Source: Thermoplasmata archaeon (GTDB lineage: Archaea > Thermoplasmatota > Thermoplasmata > Lutacidiplasmatales > UBA184). From it: 64,000 nt of DNA. The notes beneath the pieces were generated by a model that worked only from the letters and a program-made list of their open reading frames with translations, was not told the origin of the DNA and searched no databases. Location of the stretch: the NCBI GenBank assembly GCA_052325545.1, contig JBKQUP010000009.1, positions 13,486 to 77,485 of the forward strand, read 5' to 3'. Shown here piece after piece: positions 1-14,140 of this stretch. The translations under genes and the position numbers were made by a program. Every line of letters starts with the position of its first letter. The first letter of the stretch is position 1.

Positions 1-326
1 AGGCCGATCGGCTTGCCGCACTCGACCGAAAGGTCGGTGAGCTTGCGCGCTGCCTGGTTCATCACGACCTCGTCGTGCTGGGTCTCGCCCTCGATGACCG
101 CGCCGAGCGCCACGAGCGCGTCCACGTCGTCCCGGCCGAGGAGCACCTTGGCCGCGAGCGGCATGTCGAACACGCCCGGGGTCTTCATCACCGGTCCGAG
201 CGACGCGCCGAGGAAGGAGACCTCCTCCTTCGCCCGCTCGAGCATCAACAGCGTCACATCGTAGTTGAACTCGCTCACGACGATCGCCACCTTCACTCCG
301 TTCCCTTCCTTCGACCTCTTCGGCAT
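1..326 (-). CDS. ribH: 6,7-dimethyl-8-ribityllumazine synthase (RibH), 3'-truncated by window edge
   Basis: Minus-strand ATG at 326-324 preceded by GGAGG; my translation [25 protein letters not shown]...[15 protein letters not shown] matches lumazine synthase; no stop before the window edge. Not in the ORF track. Confidence 0.8.
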   Translation of the reverse strand, partial: MPKRSKEGNGVKVAIVVSEFNYDVTLLMLERAKEEVSFLGASLGPVMKTPGVFDMPLAAKVLLGRDDVDALVALGAVIEGETQHDEVVMNQAARKLTDLSVECGKPIG

Positions 327-364
327 GATTGTTTCCTCCTTGTTGGATGGATCGTGAAGCTAAC

Positions 365-1979
<1,615 letters not shown>

Positions 1980-2002
1980 CGCCGGGACGACCCGAACGAC
2001 GG

Positions 2003-2010
2003 TATTAAAG
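2003..2010 (-). promoter_or_regulatory. AT-rich TATA-like box (plus-strand tattaaag) about 30 nt upstream of the ribB ATG; probable leaderless promoter
   Basis: Isolated AT-rich octamer in a 68% GC background at the canonical distance from the ATG. Confidence 0.35.
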
Positions 2011-2021
2011 AGAGCGTAACT

Positions 2022-2034
2022 ACTCAAAAAAGGG
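2022..2034 (-). terminator. oligo-T (T6 on minus strand) terminator downstream of 16S rRNA
   Basis: Plus strand caaaaaag at 2025-2032, so the minus strand reads CTTTTTTG directly after the 16S trailer; archaeal terminators are oligo-T tracts. Confidence 0.4.
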
Positions 2035-2127
2035 TTGATGGCCCAAGGGTGGGGAGACGGTACGGAAACGCTAGACAGCACATCGGACCCGACCTCTTCA
2101 GCGAGCTCCTCGAAAGGAGGCGCTGTT

Positions 2128-3594
<1,467 letters not shown>

Positions 3595-3906
3595 TTTTGA
3601 GCACACGATTCGCGTGTGCGGGAATACTTGTGGTCGGAAACCGATCTTTGCTGACTGGCGGAATTGCTCTTTACGTTAGATGAGCTACTTCGCGTACGTT
3701 TCTCGTACTTGTCTCCCCCGTCAGTCCCGAGAGGTCACTCCCCGTCTCCAGGGAGGGGTTCTCAGGGCTCCACGCCCCCATTGGGCCATCTGTGGCGTCG
3801 CCTTGGAGGAGCACGGATCACGGGGTCCCCGGCTCGCCGTGGCGGCGTCGCCATGCCGCGCTTCCGAAGAAGCGGGCGTAGCGTTCGAACGAAGGGGGTC
3901 CGGTAT

Positions 3907-4659
3907 TTAACGGGCGCCACCGGCCGCTGCTCCTCCCATAGAGGCCTCGCCGTTCTCGAGACGGCGCACCACGAGCGGCACCTCGAGGAGCGACGTGATC
4001 TCGGGGGGGTCCCACCCAAACCCGAACCCCTCGCGGTTGAGCCAGACCCCGTACATCCCGACGGCCGAGGCGGCCTTCGCGTCGGTGTGGGCGAGGTTGC
4101 CGACGTAGACCGTTTGCGCGGCGGGCACGTTCATCCGCGATAGGGTCCGGCGGAAGATCTCGGGGTCTGGCTTCTCGACCCCCTCGGTCCCCGAGGAGAC
4201 GATGCGCGAGAAGTAGTCGAGGATCCCCACCCGGTCGAGGATGCGGCGCACAGCCGCCTCACTGGTCGAGTTCGAGACCACGCCGAGCGCCCGGCGCTGC
4301 GCGCGCAGCGTGTCGAGGCAGCGACGCGTGTCGGAGTAGAGACGGACCGGTCGCTCGGTCTCGAAGACCGCGGCGTTGAACTTGAGGGTCGTGGCCTCGT
4401 CCACCTCTCTTTCGGCGGCGCGCGAGAGTGTCCGACGCCAGAACTCCACCATCGCGGCCTCTCCGTGCACGCCGGGGGGCCGGGCGTCCAGCTCCTCCTC
4501 TACTTCCAGGAACGCGTGGCGGAGCTGGTCCGCGTCGAAATCGAGGAAGAACCGCCGGGCGACCTCGGCCCACCCGTCGAAGTCCTTGTGGTCGATCAGC
4601 GTTCCGCCGAGGTCGAACAGCACCGCCCGGACCCGCACCGGCCCTCCCTCCCCCCGCAC
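3907..4659 (-). CDS. HAD-superfamily hydrolase
   Basis: VRAVLFDLGGTLIDH DxD motif at the N-terminus; 250 aa; GTG start. Confidence 0.7.
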   Translation of the reverse strand: MRGEGGPVRVRAVLFDLGGTLIDHKDFDGWAEVARRFFLDFDADQLRHAFLEVEEELDARPPGVHGEAAMVEFWRRTLSRAAEREVDEATTLKFNAAVFETERPVRLYSDTRRCLDTLRAQRRALGVVSNSTSEAAVRRILDRVGILDYFSRIVSSGTEGVEKPDPEIFRRTLSRMNVPAAQTVYVGNLAHTDAKAASAVGMYGVWLNREGFGFGWDPPEITSLLEVPLVVRRLENGEASMGGAAAGGAR

Positions 4660-4720
4660 CCACGAGGACCCGTGTCTTATCCTTCACCCCCGACCGCGGG
4701 GCGGGAGCTCGGCGGGCCGG

Positions 4721-5146
4721 CTACGCGACGCTGACCGACTGGACGTCGGTGTGACGGAGCAATATCGCCCGGGCGACCTTGAGGTTCTTGCCGGCCTTGC
4801 CGATCGCGCGCGCCTTCCACGCGGGGTCGACCGTGACGGTCACGTGGCGGCCCTTTCCCTTCGGGGAGAACTCCGCCTTCTTCGGGGAGTACCAGTAGAA
4901 GATGTTCATCACGAGCGTCTCGGGGTCGTCCGCGAACTCCACGACCTGGATCTCCTTCTTCAGCATCCCCTTCAGCCGGTCGACCAGGACGCCCCCCGGA
5001 CCGACCGCCTTGTGGACCTCGCCGGGGTAGACGAGGTAGACGAGCTTGTCCTCGACCTCGAAGCAGTCCTTGACGCGCGCGCCGGTCCGTTCCTCGAAGA
5101 GGCGGATGTACCCGAGCGTCTCGGTGTCGAACGTGACCTCGGGCAT
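4721..5146 (-). CDS. nusA: archaeal NusA-like transcription termination/antitermination protein (KH domains)
   Basis: 141 aa, ATG verified at 5146; KH-domain signature GKAGKNLKVARAIL; conserved position downstream of L30e in the RNAP operon. Confidence 0.85.
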   Translation of the reverse strand: MPEVTFDTETLGYIRLFEERTGARVKDCFEVEDKLVYLVYPGEVHKAVGPGGVLVDRLKGMLKKEIQVVEFADDPETLVMNIFYWYSPKKAEFSPKGKGRHVTVTVDPAWKARAIGKAGKNLKVARAILLRHTDVQSVSVA

Positions 5147-5167
5147 CGGAAGGGGGGCCGGCGGGCC

Positions 5168-5455
5168 TTACGTCTCGAGGGAGAGGATCGCGCTGGAGCC
5201 GGGGTCGAGGATCGCCATCGCGCTGATCGGGAACGGCCGCCCACAGGCCTGCCCGAGCTCGACCGCGGTGCCCTCGTAGTGATAGATGGGGACCTTGCCG
5301 AGGGCGCGCTCCTTCGTGAGCTTCGCGTCCGGGCAGGTCTTCGCGACGATGAGAAGCCGGGCTCTCTTCGACTCGGCGGCGGCGAGCGTCTCGGTGAGAC
5401 CGATCTGGACCTTGCCGGTCTCGAGCGCGACCTTGAGGGCGTGCGCGAGGTCCAT
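5168..5455 (-). CDS. rpl30e: 50S ribosomal protein L30e
   Basis: 95 aa, ATG verified; L30e/L7Ae-fold signature (ALKVALETGKVQIGLTETLAAAESKRARLLIVAKTCP); conserved position after rpoA''. Confidence 0.9.
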   Translation of the reverse strand: MDLAHALKVALETGKVQIGLTETLAAAESKRARLLIVAKTCPDAKLTKERALGKVPIYHYEGTAVELGQACGRPFPISAMAILDPGSSAILSLET

Positions 5456-5460
5456 CTATC

Positions 5461-6759
5461 TCACGCCTCCCCCTTGGCTTCCTCGACCGGCTTCGCGACG
5501 ACCGGCACGTCCCCGAGCGGTCGGTAGACCAGGTTGACCGCGCCGGTCCCGAGGGTGATCGGCTGTCCGACGATGATGTTCTCGGCCACGCCCTTGAGCT
5601 CGTCGACCTCGCCGGTGATGGCGGCCTTCAAGAGATGGGCCGCGGTGATCTCGAACGCCGCCCGGGCGAGCACGCTCGACTTCTTGCCCGAGATCCCGTG
5701 CCGGCCGATCGCGCGGATGTCGCCTTCGTTCGTCATCACGTCCGCGACGAGCATCAGGTGGCGGATGTCGACCCCGAGACCCTGCTCCGCGAGCGTCCGG
5801 TTCGCCTCGTGGATGAGCGCGGCGCGCGCCGCCTCGACCCCGTAGACGCGGTAGATCTCGAAGACCGAGTTCGTGGTCGTCCGGACCCCGTCCACGCCGG
5901 GGATCTCGATGACCCCCTCGAGGTTCGAGCCCTCGGTGTAGATCACGTACTCGTCCTTCTCCTTGCGGATGAGGGCGCGCTGGATCCCCTCGACGCCCTT
6001 GATCTGGATCCGCTTCGCCTCCTCGCTCGCGATGAGGAGCTTCTTGAACGGCATCTCCTCGACCATCTCCTCGCGGCGGGACTTCGTCGCCCCGACGGTC
6101 GCCTCCTTCAAGTGGACCTCGAACGAACGGGTCTCTCCGCTCCCCGAGCCCGGTTTCACCTCGAACAGACGGGCGTCCAGGTTCGCGACGAGCGCCGCCT
6201 CGAGCTCGGAGCGCTTCACGCCCCGCGCCTCGAGGAGCGCGGCCTGTGGGGAGACGACGACCTTCAGGTCCTCGACGACGGTCCCGATCGACGCGACGTC
6301 GGGGACGGTCGTGACCTCGACCTGGAGGGCGATCTTCTGGACCGCCTCCCGGTCGCCGCGCAGCTTCTTTTCGACATGCACGGTCATCATCGGCGTCGAC
6401 GGGACGCGCCGCGCGTCCACGAGCTCGATCAGGCGCGGGAGCCCGAGCGTGACGTTCATCTCGGCGACCCCGGCGTAGTGGAACGTCCTTAACGTCATCT
6501 GCGTCCCCGGTTCGCCGATCGACTGGGCGGCGATGATCCCGACGGACTCGTGCGCGTCGACGCCCGCCTTCCGGAAGCGGCGCGCGACCTCGCGGACGAC
6601 CTTGGAGGCGTCCGACGGAGCGAGCCGAAGGCTCTGCAACTTCGCGCGGAGGTCCTCGACGAGCGACGGCGGGAGCGGGATCCCCGTCTCGCGACGAGCG
6701 GTCTCCTGGATGCGGGTGGCGAGGTCGCGGACCGGGACCTTCTTCTCGTCGGTCGCCAT
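5461..6759 (-). CDS. rpoA2: DNA-directed RNA polymerase subunit A''
   Basis: Track ORF 5461..6768 trimmed to ATG 6759, 5 nt after the rpoA' stop; [17 protein letters not shown] motif. Confidence 0.95.
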   Translation of the reverse strand: MATDEKKVPVRDLATRIQETARRETGIPLPPSLVEDLRAKLQSLRLAPSDASKVVREVARRFRKAGVDAHESVGIIAAQSIGEPGTQMTLRTFHYAGVAEMNVTLGLPRLIELVDARRVPSTPMMTVHVEKKLRGDREAVQKIALQVEVTTVPDVASIGTVVEDLKVVVSPQAALLEARGVKRSELEAALVANLDARLFEVKPGSGSGETRSFEVHLKEATVGATKSRREEMVEEMPFKKLLIASEEAKRIQIKGVEGIQRALIRKEKDEYVIYTEGSNLEGVIEIPGVDGVRTTTNSVFEIYRVYGVEAARAALIHEANRTLAEQGLGVDIRHLMLVADVMTNEGDIRAIGRHGISGKKSSVLARAAFEITAAHLLKAAITGEVDELKGVAENIIVGQPITLGTGAVNLVYRPLGDVPVVAKPVEEAKGEA

Positions 6760-6764
6760 CGCGC

Positions 6765-9563
6765 TCACTCCCCTCCGAACTCGGGGCCCTCTTCGGGCGC
6801 TCCGAACTCCTCGGTCTCCTCTTCCTCGGCCTCTTCCTCGAGCTGGGCCTCGGCCTGGAGGTCCATCTCTTCCTCGGTCACGGGCGGGGCGCCGGCGGCC
6901 CCTTCGGGCCGCCGCTCCTCGCTCGAGCGCACGCGCCGGCCCAGGACCTGGGCGACGACCTCGTCGAGCGAGACCGGTGCGCCTCCGTACGAGCGCGTCG
7001 GGTCGATGCCGTCCTCGCCGTACTTGTACTCGATGATCGTCTCCGCCGTGTTGCGCACGGTCCCGTCCTCGTTGACCTTGAGGTCCTCGAGGGCGTTGAT
7101 GAGCCGCCGCTGCATGTAGCCGGACCGGCTCGTCCGGACCGCGGTGTCGACGAGCGACTCCCGGCCGCCCATCGAGTGGAAGAAGTACTCCGTCGGGGAG
7201 AGCCCGCGCTTGTAGCTCGAGCTCACGAACCCGCGCGCATCGGAGCCGAGGTCGCCCCGCTCGAAATGCGGGAGCGTCCGGTGGACGAACCCGCGCATGA
7301 GCCGCTCCCCGCGCACCGATTGCTGTCCCACGGCACCCGCCATCTGGGTGAGGTTGAGCATCGAGCCCCGGGCGCCCGACTTCGCGAGGATCACCGCGGG
7401 GTTCTCGAGCCCGAGGTACCGGCCCGCGATGTCGCCGGCCGTGTCGCGCGCCTGGCCGAGCTCGCGTCGGACCATCACTTCGAGCGTCTCCTCGAGCGAG
7501 CGGCCCGGCATCTGCTCGAGCTCGCCCTTACGGTACTGGGCGACGAGCTCGTTCACGCGGACGCGCGCGTCCGAGAGCGCGGTGAGGATCTCCTTCAGCG
7601 CCCCTTCGGGGACGTCCTCGTCGTCGATCCCCGTCGAGAGCCCTTTGAGGCCGATCGCCGTGATCGCGAGGCGGCTCATCTCGTCCAGGAACTGGCGCGC
7701 GCGCGGCATGCCGTTGTTGCGCGCGATCGAGTCAAGGACCGCCCCCTTCTCGTAGGCGATCGCCTTCTTGTCGATCACGCCGGCCTTCAGGATCCCGTTC
7801 TCGATCACGACGTTCGCGTCGTGCTTGCAGGCGAGCGGCGAGCAATCGCACCGCGCCCAGATGTTCGCGCGGAACTCGATCGTGAGGTCCTTCGGGAGCG
7901 TGAGCGAGAAGAGCTGCTTTCCGCCCCAGAACGGGAGACCGTCCTTGTCCTTTCCTTCGGGCGGCGGGAGCGGGTAGTGGAGCTTCGAGAGGAGGTACGT
8001 CACCTCGCTCTTCGTGAACTTCGGGTTCTGGTACGTGAGCAGGAACGCCGCGGTGATGTGGTCGTGCAGCATCCCGATGATCGGGCCGCCGTACCGCGGG
8101 GAGAGGATGTGCTCCTCGACCTTCATCAGGACCTTCGCCTCGGCGCGGGCCTCCTGGCTCTGGAGGACGTGCAGGTTCATCTCGTCGCCATCGAAGTCCG
8201 CGTTGTAGGGCGGGCAGTCGCAGAGGTTGAACCGGAACGTCTTGTGGGGTAGGATTCGAACGAAGTGCGCCATCATGCTCATCCGGTGCAGGCTCGGCTG
8301 CCGGTTGAACAGCACGATGTCGCCGTCGATCAGCTGACGCTCGACGATCGAGCCGGGGACGACGAGCTCGGCGCACGCCTCGGCGTTCTTCTCCATCACC
8401 CGGATGCGCTGGCCGTCCTCGCGGACGAGGTAATTGACCCCGCACCGGACGTGCCCCTCGGCGTCGGGGGCCGGCGACGGGCCGCGGCGGACGAGCTCCT
8501 TCGCGACCTCCTGGTTGTGCAGCGTGACCTCGAGCGGGACGGTGAGCCCGCGAGCGACCTCGACCGGGATCCCAACCTCGTTGATCGAGAGCAGCGGGTC
8601 CGGGCTGATGACCGTACGGGCCGAGAAGTTGACGCGCTTTCCCGAGAGGTTCGAACGGAACCGGCCGTCCTTCCCCTTGAGCCGCTGTGCGAGGGTCTTG
8701 AGCGGCCGGCCCGAGCGATGCCGGGCGGGCGGGATGCCACTCGTCTGGTTGTCGAAGTACGTCGTGACGTGGTACTGGAGGAGCTCCCAGAGGTCCTCGA
8801 CCACGAGCTGGGGAGCGCCCATGTCGCGGTTCTCGCGCAGGCGCTGGTTGATCCGCAGCACGTCGACGAGCTTGTGCGTGAGGTCGTCCTCGCTCCGCTC
8901 TCCGCTCTCGAGCGTGATCGACGGGCGGACCTGGACCGGCGGGACCGGGAGGACGGTGAGGACCATCCACTCCGGGCGGCCGAACTTCGGGTTGAGCGCG
9001 AGCGAACGAACGTCCTCGTCGGGGATCCGCTCGAGGCGGGCGCGCACCTCCTTCGGGGTGATCTTGTGGCTGTTCTCGCGGAAGGTCGTGGGTTTGTCGA
9101 GGACGATCTTCTGCTGGAGCTCGTGGCAGTTCGGGCACGCGCGCTCGTCCTTCGCCTCCCGCGTCCGCGGGGCCCGCGGCGTCGGGGCCGCGTCCTCCGC
9201 GTCGGCGGCCGCCTCCGCCCGCTGGGTCGGGGCGTCGGGGAGCATCCGTCCGCACGCCCGGCACGTCGACTGCAAAAGGCGCTTGACCTCCTTCGCGTAC
9301 CCGACGTGGATCACCGGCATGGCGAGCTCGATGATGCCGAAGTGGCCGGGGCATTCGTTGACCCGGCCGCCACAGGTCCGGCACCTTAGGTTCGGCTCGA
9401 TGACCCCGAGGTGGAGGTCCATGAGGCCCATCTCGATGGGGTAGCCGTCGTCGTCGTACGTGTCGGCGGTGATGATCTTCGCCGCGCTCATCCGCCGGAT
9501 CTCGTCCGGCGAGAGGAAGGCGAACTGGAGGCCGCGGATCTTCTTCGAAAGTCCTTGTGCCAT
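6765..9563 (-). CDS. rpoA1: DNA-directed RNA polymerase subunit A'
   Basis: 932 aa; ATG verified at 9563; zinc-binding CRTCGG..C.GHFG motif, [10 protein letters not shown] catalytic loop; acidic C-terminal tail. Confidence 0.95.
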   Translation of the reverse strand: MAQGLSKKIRGLQFAFLSPDEIRRMSAAKIITADTYDDDGYPIEMGLMDLHLGVIEPNLRCRTCGGRVNECPGHFGIIELAMPVIHVGYAKEVKRLLQSTCRACGRMLPDAPTQRAEAAADAEDAAPTPRAPRTREAKDERACPNCHELQQKIVLDKPTTFRENSHKITPKEVRARLERIPDEDVRSLALNPKFGRPEWMVLTVLPVPPVQVRPSITLESGERSEDDLTHKLVDVLRINQRLRENRDMGAPQLVVEDLWELLQYHVTTYFDNQTSGIPPARHRSGRPLKTLAQRLKGKDGRFRSNLSGKRVNFSARTVISPDPLLSINEVGIPVEVARGLTVPLEVTLHNQEVAKELVRRGPSPAPDAEGHVRCGVNYLVREDGQRIRVMEKNAEACAELVVPGSIVERQLIDGDIVLFNRQPSLHRMSMMAHFVRILPHKTFRFNLCDCPPYNADFDGDEMNLHVLQSQEARAEAKVLMKVEEHILSPRYGGPIIGMLHDHITAAFLLTYQNPKFTKSEVTYLLSKLHYPLPPPEGKDKDGLPFWGGKQLFSLTLPKDLTIEFRANIWARCDCSPLACKHDANVVIENGILKAGVIDKKAIAYEKGAVLDSIARNNGMPRARQFLDEMSRLAITAIGLKGLSTGIDDEDVPEGALKEILTALSDARVRVNELVAQYRKGELEQMPGRSLEETLEVMVRRELGQARDTAGDIAGRYLGLENPAVILAKSGARGSMLNLTQMAGAVGQQSVRGERLMRGFVHRTLPHFERGDLGSDARGFVSSSYKRGLSPTEYFFHSMGGRESLVDTAVRTSRSGYMQRRLINALEDLKVNEDGTVRNTAETIIEYKYGEDGIDPTRSYGGAPVSLDEVVAQVLGRRVRSSEERRPEGAAGAPPVTEEEMDLQAEAQLEEEAEEEETEEFGAPEEGPEFGGE

Positions 9564-9573
9564 CGTCGTCCTC

Positions 9574-12500
9574 CTACCGCATCTCCTCGAGCTGGAGCCG
9601 CATGATCACGCCGAGGCTGATCAGCTCCTCGAGGAGGAGCTTGAACGAGTAGCTCATCTCGACCGGGTAGATCGACGAGGTGTTTCCGCAGCTCGGGCAG
9701 CGCAGCGAGTTCGCGCGCGTGTCGGGGATGGCGATGTGTCCGCACTCCGGGTTCCCGCAGACGTACTGAATCGTGCCGTCCGACTCGTCCAAAAGACGGT
9801 CCTTGATGACCATCGCGACGCCGTGGCCGATGAGACAGTCGCGCTCCATCTCTCCGAACCGGAGACCGCCCTGGCGCGAGCGACCCTCGGTCGGCTGGCG
9901 CGTCAGGATCTGGACCGGGCCGCGCGAGCGCATGTGCATCTTGCCCGCGACCATGTGGTGGAGCTTCTGGTAGTAGATCACGCCGATGAAGATCTCCGCC
10001 TCGTACCGGCGACCCGTGAGCCCGTCGTAGAGCGTCTCCCGGCCCGACGGGTGGAAGCCGAGGGCCTGGAGCCCTTCGCGCAGGGCCTCCTCGCGCGCCC
10101 CCGAGAACGCCGTGCCGTCGATCGTGTGCCCCTCGAGCGCCCCGACCTTCCCGCCCAGCATCTCGAGAACGTGGGCGACGGTCATCCGGGACGGGATGGC
10201 GTGCGGGTTGATCAGCAGGTCCGGCGTGATCCCGTCGCGCGTGAACGGAAGGTCCTCCGGCGGGACGATGAGGCCGATGACCCCCTTCTGTCCGTGACGG
10301 CTCGCGAACTTGTCGCCGAGCTCGGGGACCCGCTGGTTGCGGACCTTGACCTTCACGAGCTTCGAGATGTTCTCGCCCTCGGTCAGGACGACGTTGTCGA
10401 CCCAGCCGGACTCCCCGAAGCGGACCGTGACGCTCGTCTCGCGCCGCTTCTGCGGCGTGAGGAGGTCGGTCTTCTCCTCGAGGAAGCGGGGCGGGCTCGT
10501 CTTTCCGACCAGCACGTCGCCCTCGGTGACCTCGAGCTCGGGGAAGATGAGACCATCCTCGCCGAGGTTCCGGTACGCCGTGTCGACGCGCGCTCCCGCG
10601 ACGTCCGGACGCGGGATCTCGAACCGGTCCTCTTGGCCGCCGGGGTACTTTCGCTCCTCGCCGCGGTACGTTCGGAAGAACGACGAGCGCCCGAGGCCCC
10701 GGTCGATGGCGCCCTTCGAGAACACCAGGGCGTCCTGCATGTTGTAGCCCTCGTAGGAGAGGACCGCCACGACGAAGTTCTGTCCGGCCGGACGCTCGGT
10801 GAAGTGGACGTAGCGCATCGTCTGCGTCCGAAGGAGCGGGGCCTGCGGGTAGTGGAGGAGGTGGCCGCGGGTGTCCGGCCGCCGCCGGTAGTTGACCGAC
10901 TCGACCCCGAGCGCCTGCTTCGCCATCCCCGATCCCATCGTGTTCCTCGGAGCGCTGTTGTGCTCCGGGTAGGGGATGAGCCCCGTGCAGACGCCGAGGA
11001 TCAGGTTCGGGTCAATCTCGAGGTGCGTGTGGCGGTCGGTGAGGAGGTTCGCGGTCGGGAACGTGCCGTGGCAGAAGCCGCACTCCACGGTCGTCTGCTC
11101 GCCCTTGTCGCCCATCGAGGCCCAGCGGATGTCGGAGCGGCTGAGCGCCTTCTGGCACTTCGGACATCGGTCGGGGGAGACGTACGCGTCGACCGCGATC
11201 AGCGCGTCCTCCTCCTCTTCCGCGTCCGCCCACTCGATCTTCCCTTGCCGGACGAGGTCGGTGAACGCGAGGGTGCCGCGGGCGAGCTCGTCGAGGTCGG
11301 AGCGCGAGACGCGGGGGACGCCGTTCTTGACGACCACGAGCGGGCGGCGGAGGCGGCCCCCGTCGCAGTGAACGATCACCTCGTTCATCTCGTCATCGTA
11401 GCGGACGTTGAGCTCGTAGGTCTTGTCGCCGAGGGTCGGCGAGAGCGTCCCCGTGCGCCGACGCTCGCGGATCTCCCGGACGAGCTCGAGCGGCTGGGAG
11501 TGGAGACCGACCAGGTTCCCGTTGACGTAGACGCGCGCCGCGCGCTTCCCGCGGGGAGCGGCGGACTCCTGGAAGACCTCGGGACCGATCTCGCGGGTGT
11601 TGAGGTCCCGGAGGATGAGGGTGACCTCCTCCTCGTCGGCGCCTTCGCTGACGTCGACGCAGAGGGCGTAGTTCTTGACGAGTCCGCAGTTCTGCCCTTC
11701 GGGCGTCTCGTTGGGGCAGAGGCGGCCCCACTGCGTCGGGTGCAGGTCGCGCGCCTCGAAGTGCGGCTGGCTCCTCGTGAGCGGGCTCGTGACGCGACGC
11801 AGGTGGCTGATGGTCGACATGTGGCTCGTCCGGTCGAGCACCTGGCTCACCCCAGCGCGGCCGCCGACCCAGTTCCCCGTCGCGAGGGCATGCACGAGCC
11901 GCTGCGTCAGAAGGTCCGGGCGGATCGCGCTCGCGATCCGAAGGTCCTTCTTGCGGGCGAACGACCGCTCGAGCTGGTACTTGAGGTCCTTCAGGAGGAG
12001 GGAGAACGCGACGCGGAAGAGGTCCTCCATGAGGTCCCCGGCGAGCTTGAGCCGCTTGTTCGCGTAGTGGTCCTTGTCGTCCTCGCCCCGCACCTTGAGG
12101 TGGAGCTCGAGGACCGTCCTCGCCATGCGCGCGAGGTAGAGGGCCTTCTTCAGACGGTCCGGCTTCGTGTCGCCGAGGTGCGGGAGGAGCGAGCGGTCGA
12201 GGATCCCGTCGACCTTGCGCTGACGGTACTCCTTCGCCTGGCCGGTCGCGAACTTCTTTTCGAGGAAGATGAGCGCGTCGTCCGTCGAGAGGACCCCCTC
12301 GGGCGGGTAGAGCTTCTTCGAGACGCACTCCTCGAGGTTGACGTTCAATAGGTGTTTCATCGTCTGGACGAACGGTTCGTCCAGCGGGAGGAGTTCGCCG
12401 AGGACCGCCTGGAAGATCTCCTCGTCGTTCTTCATCCCGAGCGCCTTCATCAGGATCACGAGCGGGATCTGCCCGCTCGCCGTCGGGACCGAGACCTGGA

Positions 12501-13245
12501 GGACCCCGTCCTTCTTCTTCTCCACGACCGTGAGGGAGCGGTACCCGCCGCGCTGGCTGAACACTTTCGCGCTCTCGATGGGGGTGCCGTAGCGCTCGTT
12601 GAACTCGGCGAAGATCCGGTTGGGCGCGAGGTCCTCGAGGCTGATGATGACCCGTTCGGTCCCGCCGATGATGGCGTACCCTCCGGGGTCGAGCGGGTCC
12701 TCGCCGTACTCGACGAGCTTCGCCCGATACTCGTCGTCCGAGAGCCAGATCTGGTCGTCCTCGGAGATCTTGTAGCGGTTCAGGTTGCAGGGGCGGCTCT
12801 TGACCATGATGGGGAGGTCGCCGATGTGCACGTCCTCGGGGGCGCGCTCGACGCCGTTCTCGACGACGGTGACCTTGAGGAAGATGGGGGCCTGGTAGGT
12901 GAGGTTCCGGAGCCTCGCCTCCATGGGGGTGAGGGTCGGCTTCGAGCCGACCGGCTCCTTCACGAACGGAGCGCCGATGAAGATGGTCGGTTCGGCCGAG
13001 GGGTTGACGTTCCCCCGGGCGTCCCGGCGGCGGCCGACGCGCACGTAGATCGAGCTCTTCGTCTTCTGGACGTCCAGTCGGATGACGCCGCGTTCGGTCG
13101 AATCCTCGCTGACGCGCGCGTCGTCGACGATGCGCTGCATCCTCGAGTTCGGGTTGTCCTTGGTCGGCAGGAAGTCGTTGAAGCTCGCCAAGTGGTGGTT
13201 GACGATCGAGCGTTCCCGGAAGAACGCGTCCACAATTTCTCGCAT
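9574..13245 (-). CDS. rpoB: DNA-directed RNA polymerase subunit B (unsplit)
   Basis: 1223 aa single ORF. Unsplit B is characteristic of Thermoplasmata/Crenarchaeota rather than methanogens or halophiles. Confidence 0.95.
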   Translation of the reverse strand: MREIVDAFFRERSIVNHHLASFNDFLPTKDNPNSRMQRIVDDARVSEDSTERGVIRLDVQKTKSSIYVRVGRRRDARGNVNPSAEPTIFIGAPFVKEPVGSKPTLTPMEARLRNLTYQAPIFLKVTVVENGVERAPEDVHIGDLPIMVKSRPCNLNRYKISEDDQIWLSDDEYRAKLVEYGEDPLDPGGYAIIGGTERVIISLEDLAPNRIFAEFNERYGTPIESAKVFSQRGGYRSLTVVEKKKDGVLQVSVPTASGQIPLVILMKALGMKNDEEIFQAVLGELLPLDEPFVQTMKHLLNVNLEECVSKKLYPPEGVLSTDDALIFLEKKFATGQAKEYRQRKVDGILDRSLLPHLGDTKPDRLKKALYLARMARTVLELHLKVRGEDDKDHYANKRLKLAGDLMEDLFRVAFSLLLKDLKYQLERSFARKKDLRIASAIRPDLLTQRLVHALATGNWVGGRAGVSQVLDRTSHMSTISHLRRVTSPLTRSQPHFEARDLHPTQWGRLCPNETPEGQNCGLVKNYALCVDVSEGADEEEVTLILRDLNTREIGPEVFQESAAPRGKRAARVYVNGNLVGLHSQPLELVREIRERRRTGTLSPTLGDKTYELNVRYDDEMNEVIVHCDGGRLRRPLVVVKNGVPRVSRSDLDELARGTLAFTDLVRQGKIEWADAEEEEDALIAVDAYVSPDRCPKCQKALSRSDIRWASMGDKGEQTTVECGFCHGTFPTANLLTDRHTHLEIDPNLILGVCTGLIPYPEHNSAPRNTMGSGMAKQALGVESVNYRRRPDTRGHLLHYPQAPLLRTQTMRYVHFTERPAGQNFVVAVLSYEGYNMQDALVFSKGAIDRGLGRSSFFRTYRGEERKYPGGQEDRFEIPRPDVAGARVDTAYRNLGEDGLIFPELEVTEGDVLVGKTSPPRFLEEKTDLLTPQKRRETSVTVRFGESGWVDNVVLTEGENISKLVKVKVRNQRVPELGDKFASRHGQKGVIGLIVPPEDLPFTRDGITPDLLINPHAIPSRMTVAHVLEMLGGKVGALEGHTIDGTAFSGAREEALREGLQALGFHPSGRETLYDGLTGRRYEAEIFIGVIYYQKLHHMVAGKMHMRSRGPVQILTRQPTEGRSRQGGLRFGEMERDCLIGHGVAMVIKDRLLDESDGTIQYVCGNPECGHIAIPDTRANSLRCPSCGNTSSIYPVEMSYSFKLLLEELISLGVIMRLQLEEMR

Positions 13246-13254
13246 GGATTGGTA

Positions 13255-13593
13255 CTAGTCCCCTCCGACCGACGGGACGATGAGGCGGTAGGCGATGGCC
13301 ATGCCGGCGGTGGCGCTCGGTCGGCGGACCCGAACGAGCCGGCCCACGAGCGTCTCCCCGCGTTCGCGCAGGCTCTCGAACTTGGGGTCGGTCTTGAGGC
13401 CGGGGTCCGAGACCAGGATCTTCGGAAGGCGCTCGGGCGACGCGCCGAGCTGTTCGAGGACCTTCCGCGACTCCTCCTCGCTCAGGATCTCGTGGGGCGG
13501 AGCGAGGTGATGAGCGACGAACGGTCGGGGCGGGACGGCCACCTTGGCCGCGGCCGGGCGGGCGCGCGATCGACGGGTCGTGCTGGGGGTCAT
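13255..13593 (-). CDS. rpoH: DNA-directed RNA polymerase subunit H (Rpb5 homologue)
   Basis: Track ORF 13255..14100 trimmed to ATG 13593 (verified). The C-terminal 75 aa HEILSEEESRKVLEQLGASPERLPKILVSDPG...GRLVRVRRPS...AYRLIV match RpoH; the upstream part of the track ORF overlaps a tRNA. Confidence 0.8.
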   Translation of the reverse strand: MTPSTTRRSRARPAAAKVAVPPRPFVAHHLAPPHEILSEEESRKVLEQLGASPERLPKILVSDPGLKTDPKFESLRERGETLVGRLVRVRRPSATAGMAIAYRLIVPSVGGD

Positions 13594-13614
13594 GCGGTCC
13601 TCCGAGGAACGGGA

Positions 13615-13757
13615 CGGGCCCGGGGGGACGTCCGGAGCGACCTCGCGGTTGGCGCGAGGAGGCTCGTTCGAACCCCCGACCACCTGGTTAAAAGCCAGAT
13701 GCTCTTTGTAGGGCCACCCGGCGAGCCGGACGGCCAACCTAACTGAGCTACGGGCCC
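13615..13757 (-). tRNA. tRNA-Lys (anticodon UUU) interrupted by two putative non-canonical introns (about 31 nt in the D-loop, about 38 nt in the T-loop)
   Basis: Manual fold of the minus strand: acceptor GGGCCCG/CGGGCCC, D-stem GCTC/GAGC, anticodon arm TCTGG-CTTTTAA-CCAGG, variable TGGTC, T-stem GGGGG/CCCCC with TTCGAA(C) T-loop, discriminator G. The two extra segments form internal hairpins (CCGG-CTCG-CCGG; CCTCGCG-CCAAC-CGCGAGG). Mature length is 74 nt; there is no anticodon-loop intron. Confidence 0.6.
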
Positions 13758-13816
13758 GTTTCCGCTCCGAGGAGCCGAGACCCGGGAGCCGTATTTGACA
13801 GTATGCCTGACGGGAT

Positions 13817-14140
13817 TCACTGAAGGCTCTCCAAGCTCGAGATGATCGACCAGATAGCCGTGCGTCCGTGGGTCGGGAGGTTAGGGTCGTTCGCGAGGTC
13901 ATCGAGAACGTAGACCGCGCTCGCGATCCGCATGTCGAGAGCGGCCCGCGGCTTCGAGAGCTCGTCCTTGGCGGACTGGGCGCCCCGGCGGATGTTCCTC
14001 GGGACCAGTGCATCGTCGGCCAGGTCGGTGAGCGCGGCGACGATCCGTTCGAGACCGGGGAGTTCCGGTTCGGTCCTCGGCGCGACCGGTGGGGCGGCAC
14101 CGACCACAGGGGTCGAGGGGGCGGTGGTGGGGGTCGTCAT
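13817..14140 (-). CDS. UPF0147-family small conserved archaeal protein
   Basis: 107 aa, ATG verified; the ATGA overlaps the stop of the upstream gene; the C-terminal pattern ...RTAIWSIISSLESLQ is consistent with UPF0147. Confidence 0.55.
   Translation of the reverse strand: MTTPTTAPSTPVVGAAPPVAPRTEPELPGLERIVAALTDLADDALVPRNIRRGAQSAKDELSKPRAALDMRIASAVYVLDDLANDPNLPTHGRTAIWSIISSLESLQ

Noticed and set aside
3597-3906. Small plus-strand ORFs (3664..4143, 3680..3910) in the 16S leader
   Set aside because: They lie in the rRNA leader or promoter region and partly antisense to the HAD gene; there is no coding signal.
9460-12351. 963-aa plus-strand ORF antisense to rpoB, and other 300-550-aa alternative-frame ORFs inside rpoA', purL, alaS, mutS and mutL (e.g. 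7732..9384 -, 7176..8252 +, 23851..25413 -, 42946..44478 -)
   Set aside because: R/A/G/P-rich low-complexity translations, typical stop-codon-poor artefacts of about 68% GC; they fully overlap well-supported genes.
13594-14100. Upstream 170 codons of the rpoH track ORF (13255..14100)
   Set aside because: This part overlaps the tRNA-Lys and has an R/S/P-rich composition; the RpoH homology begins only after Met at 13593.
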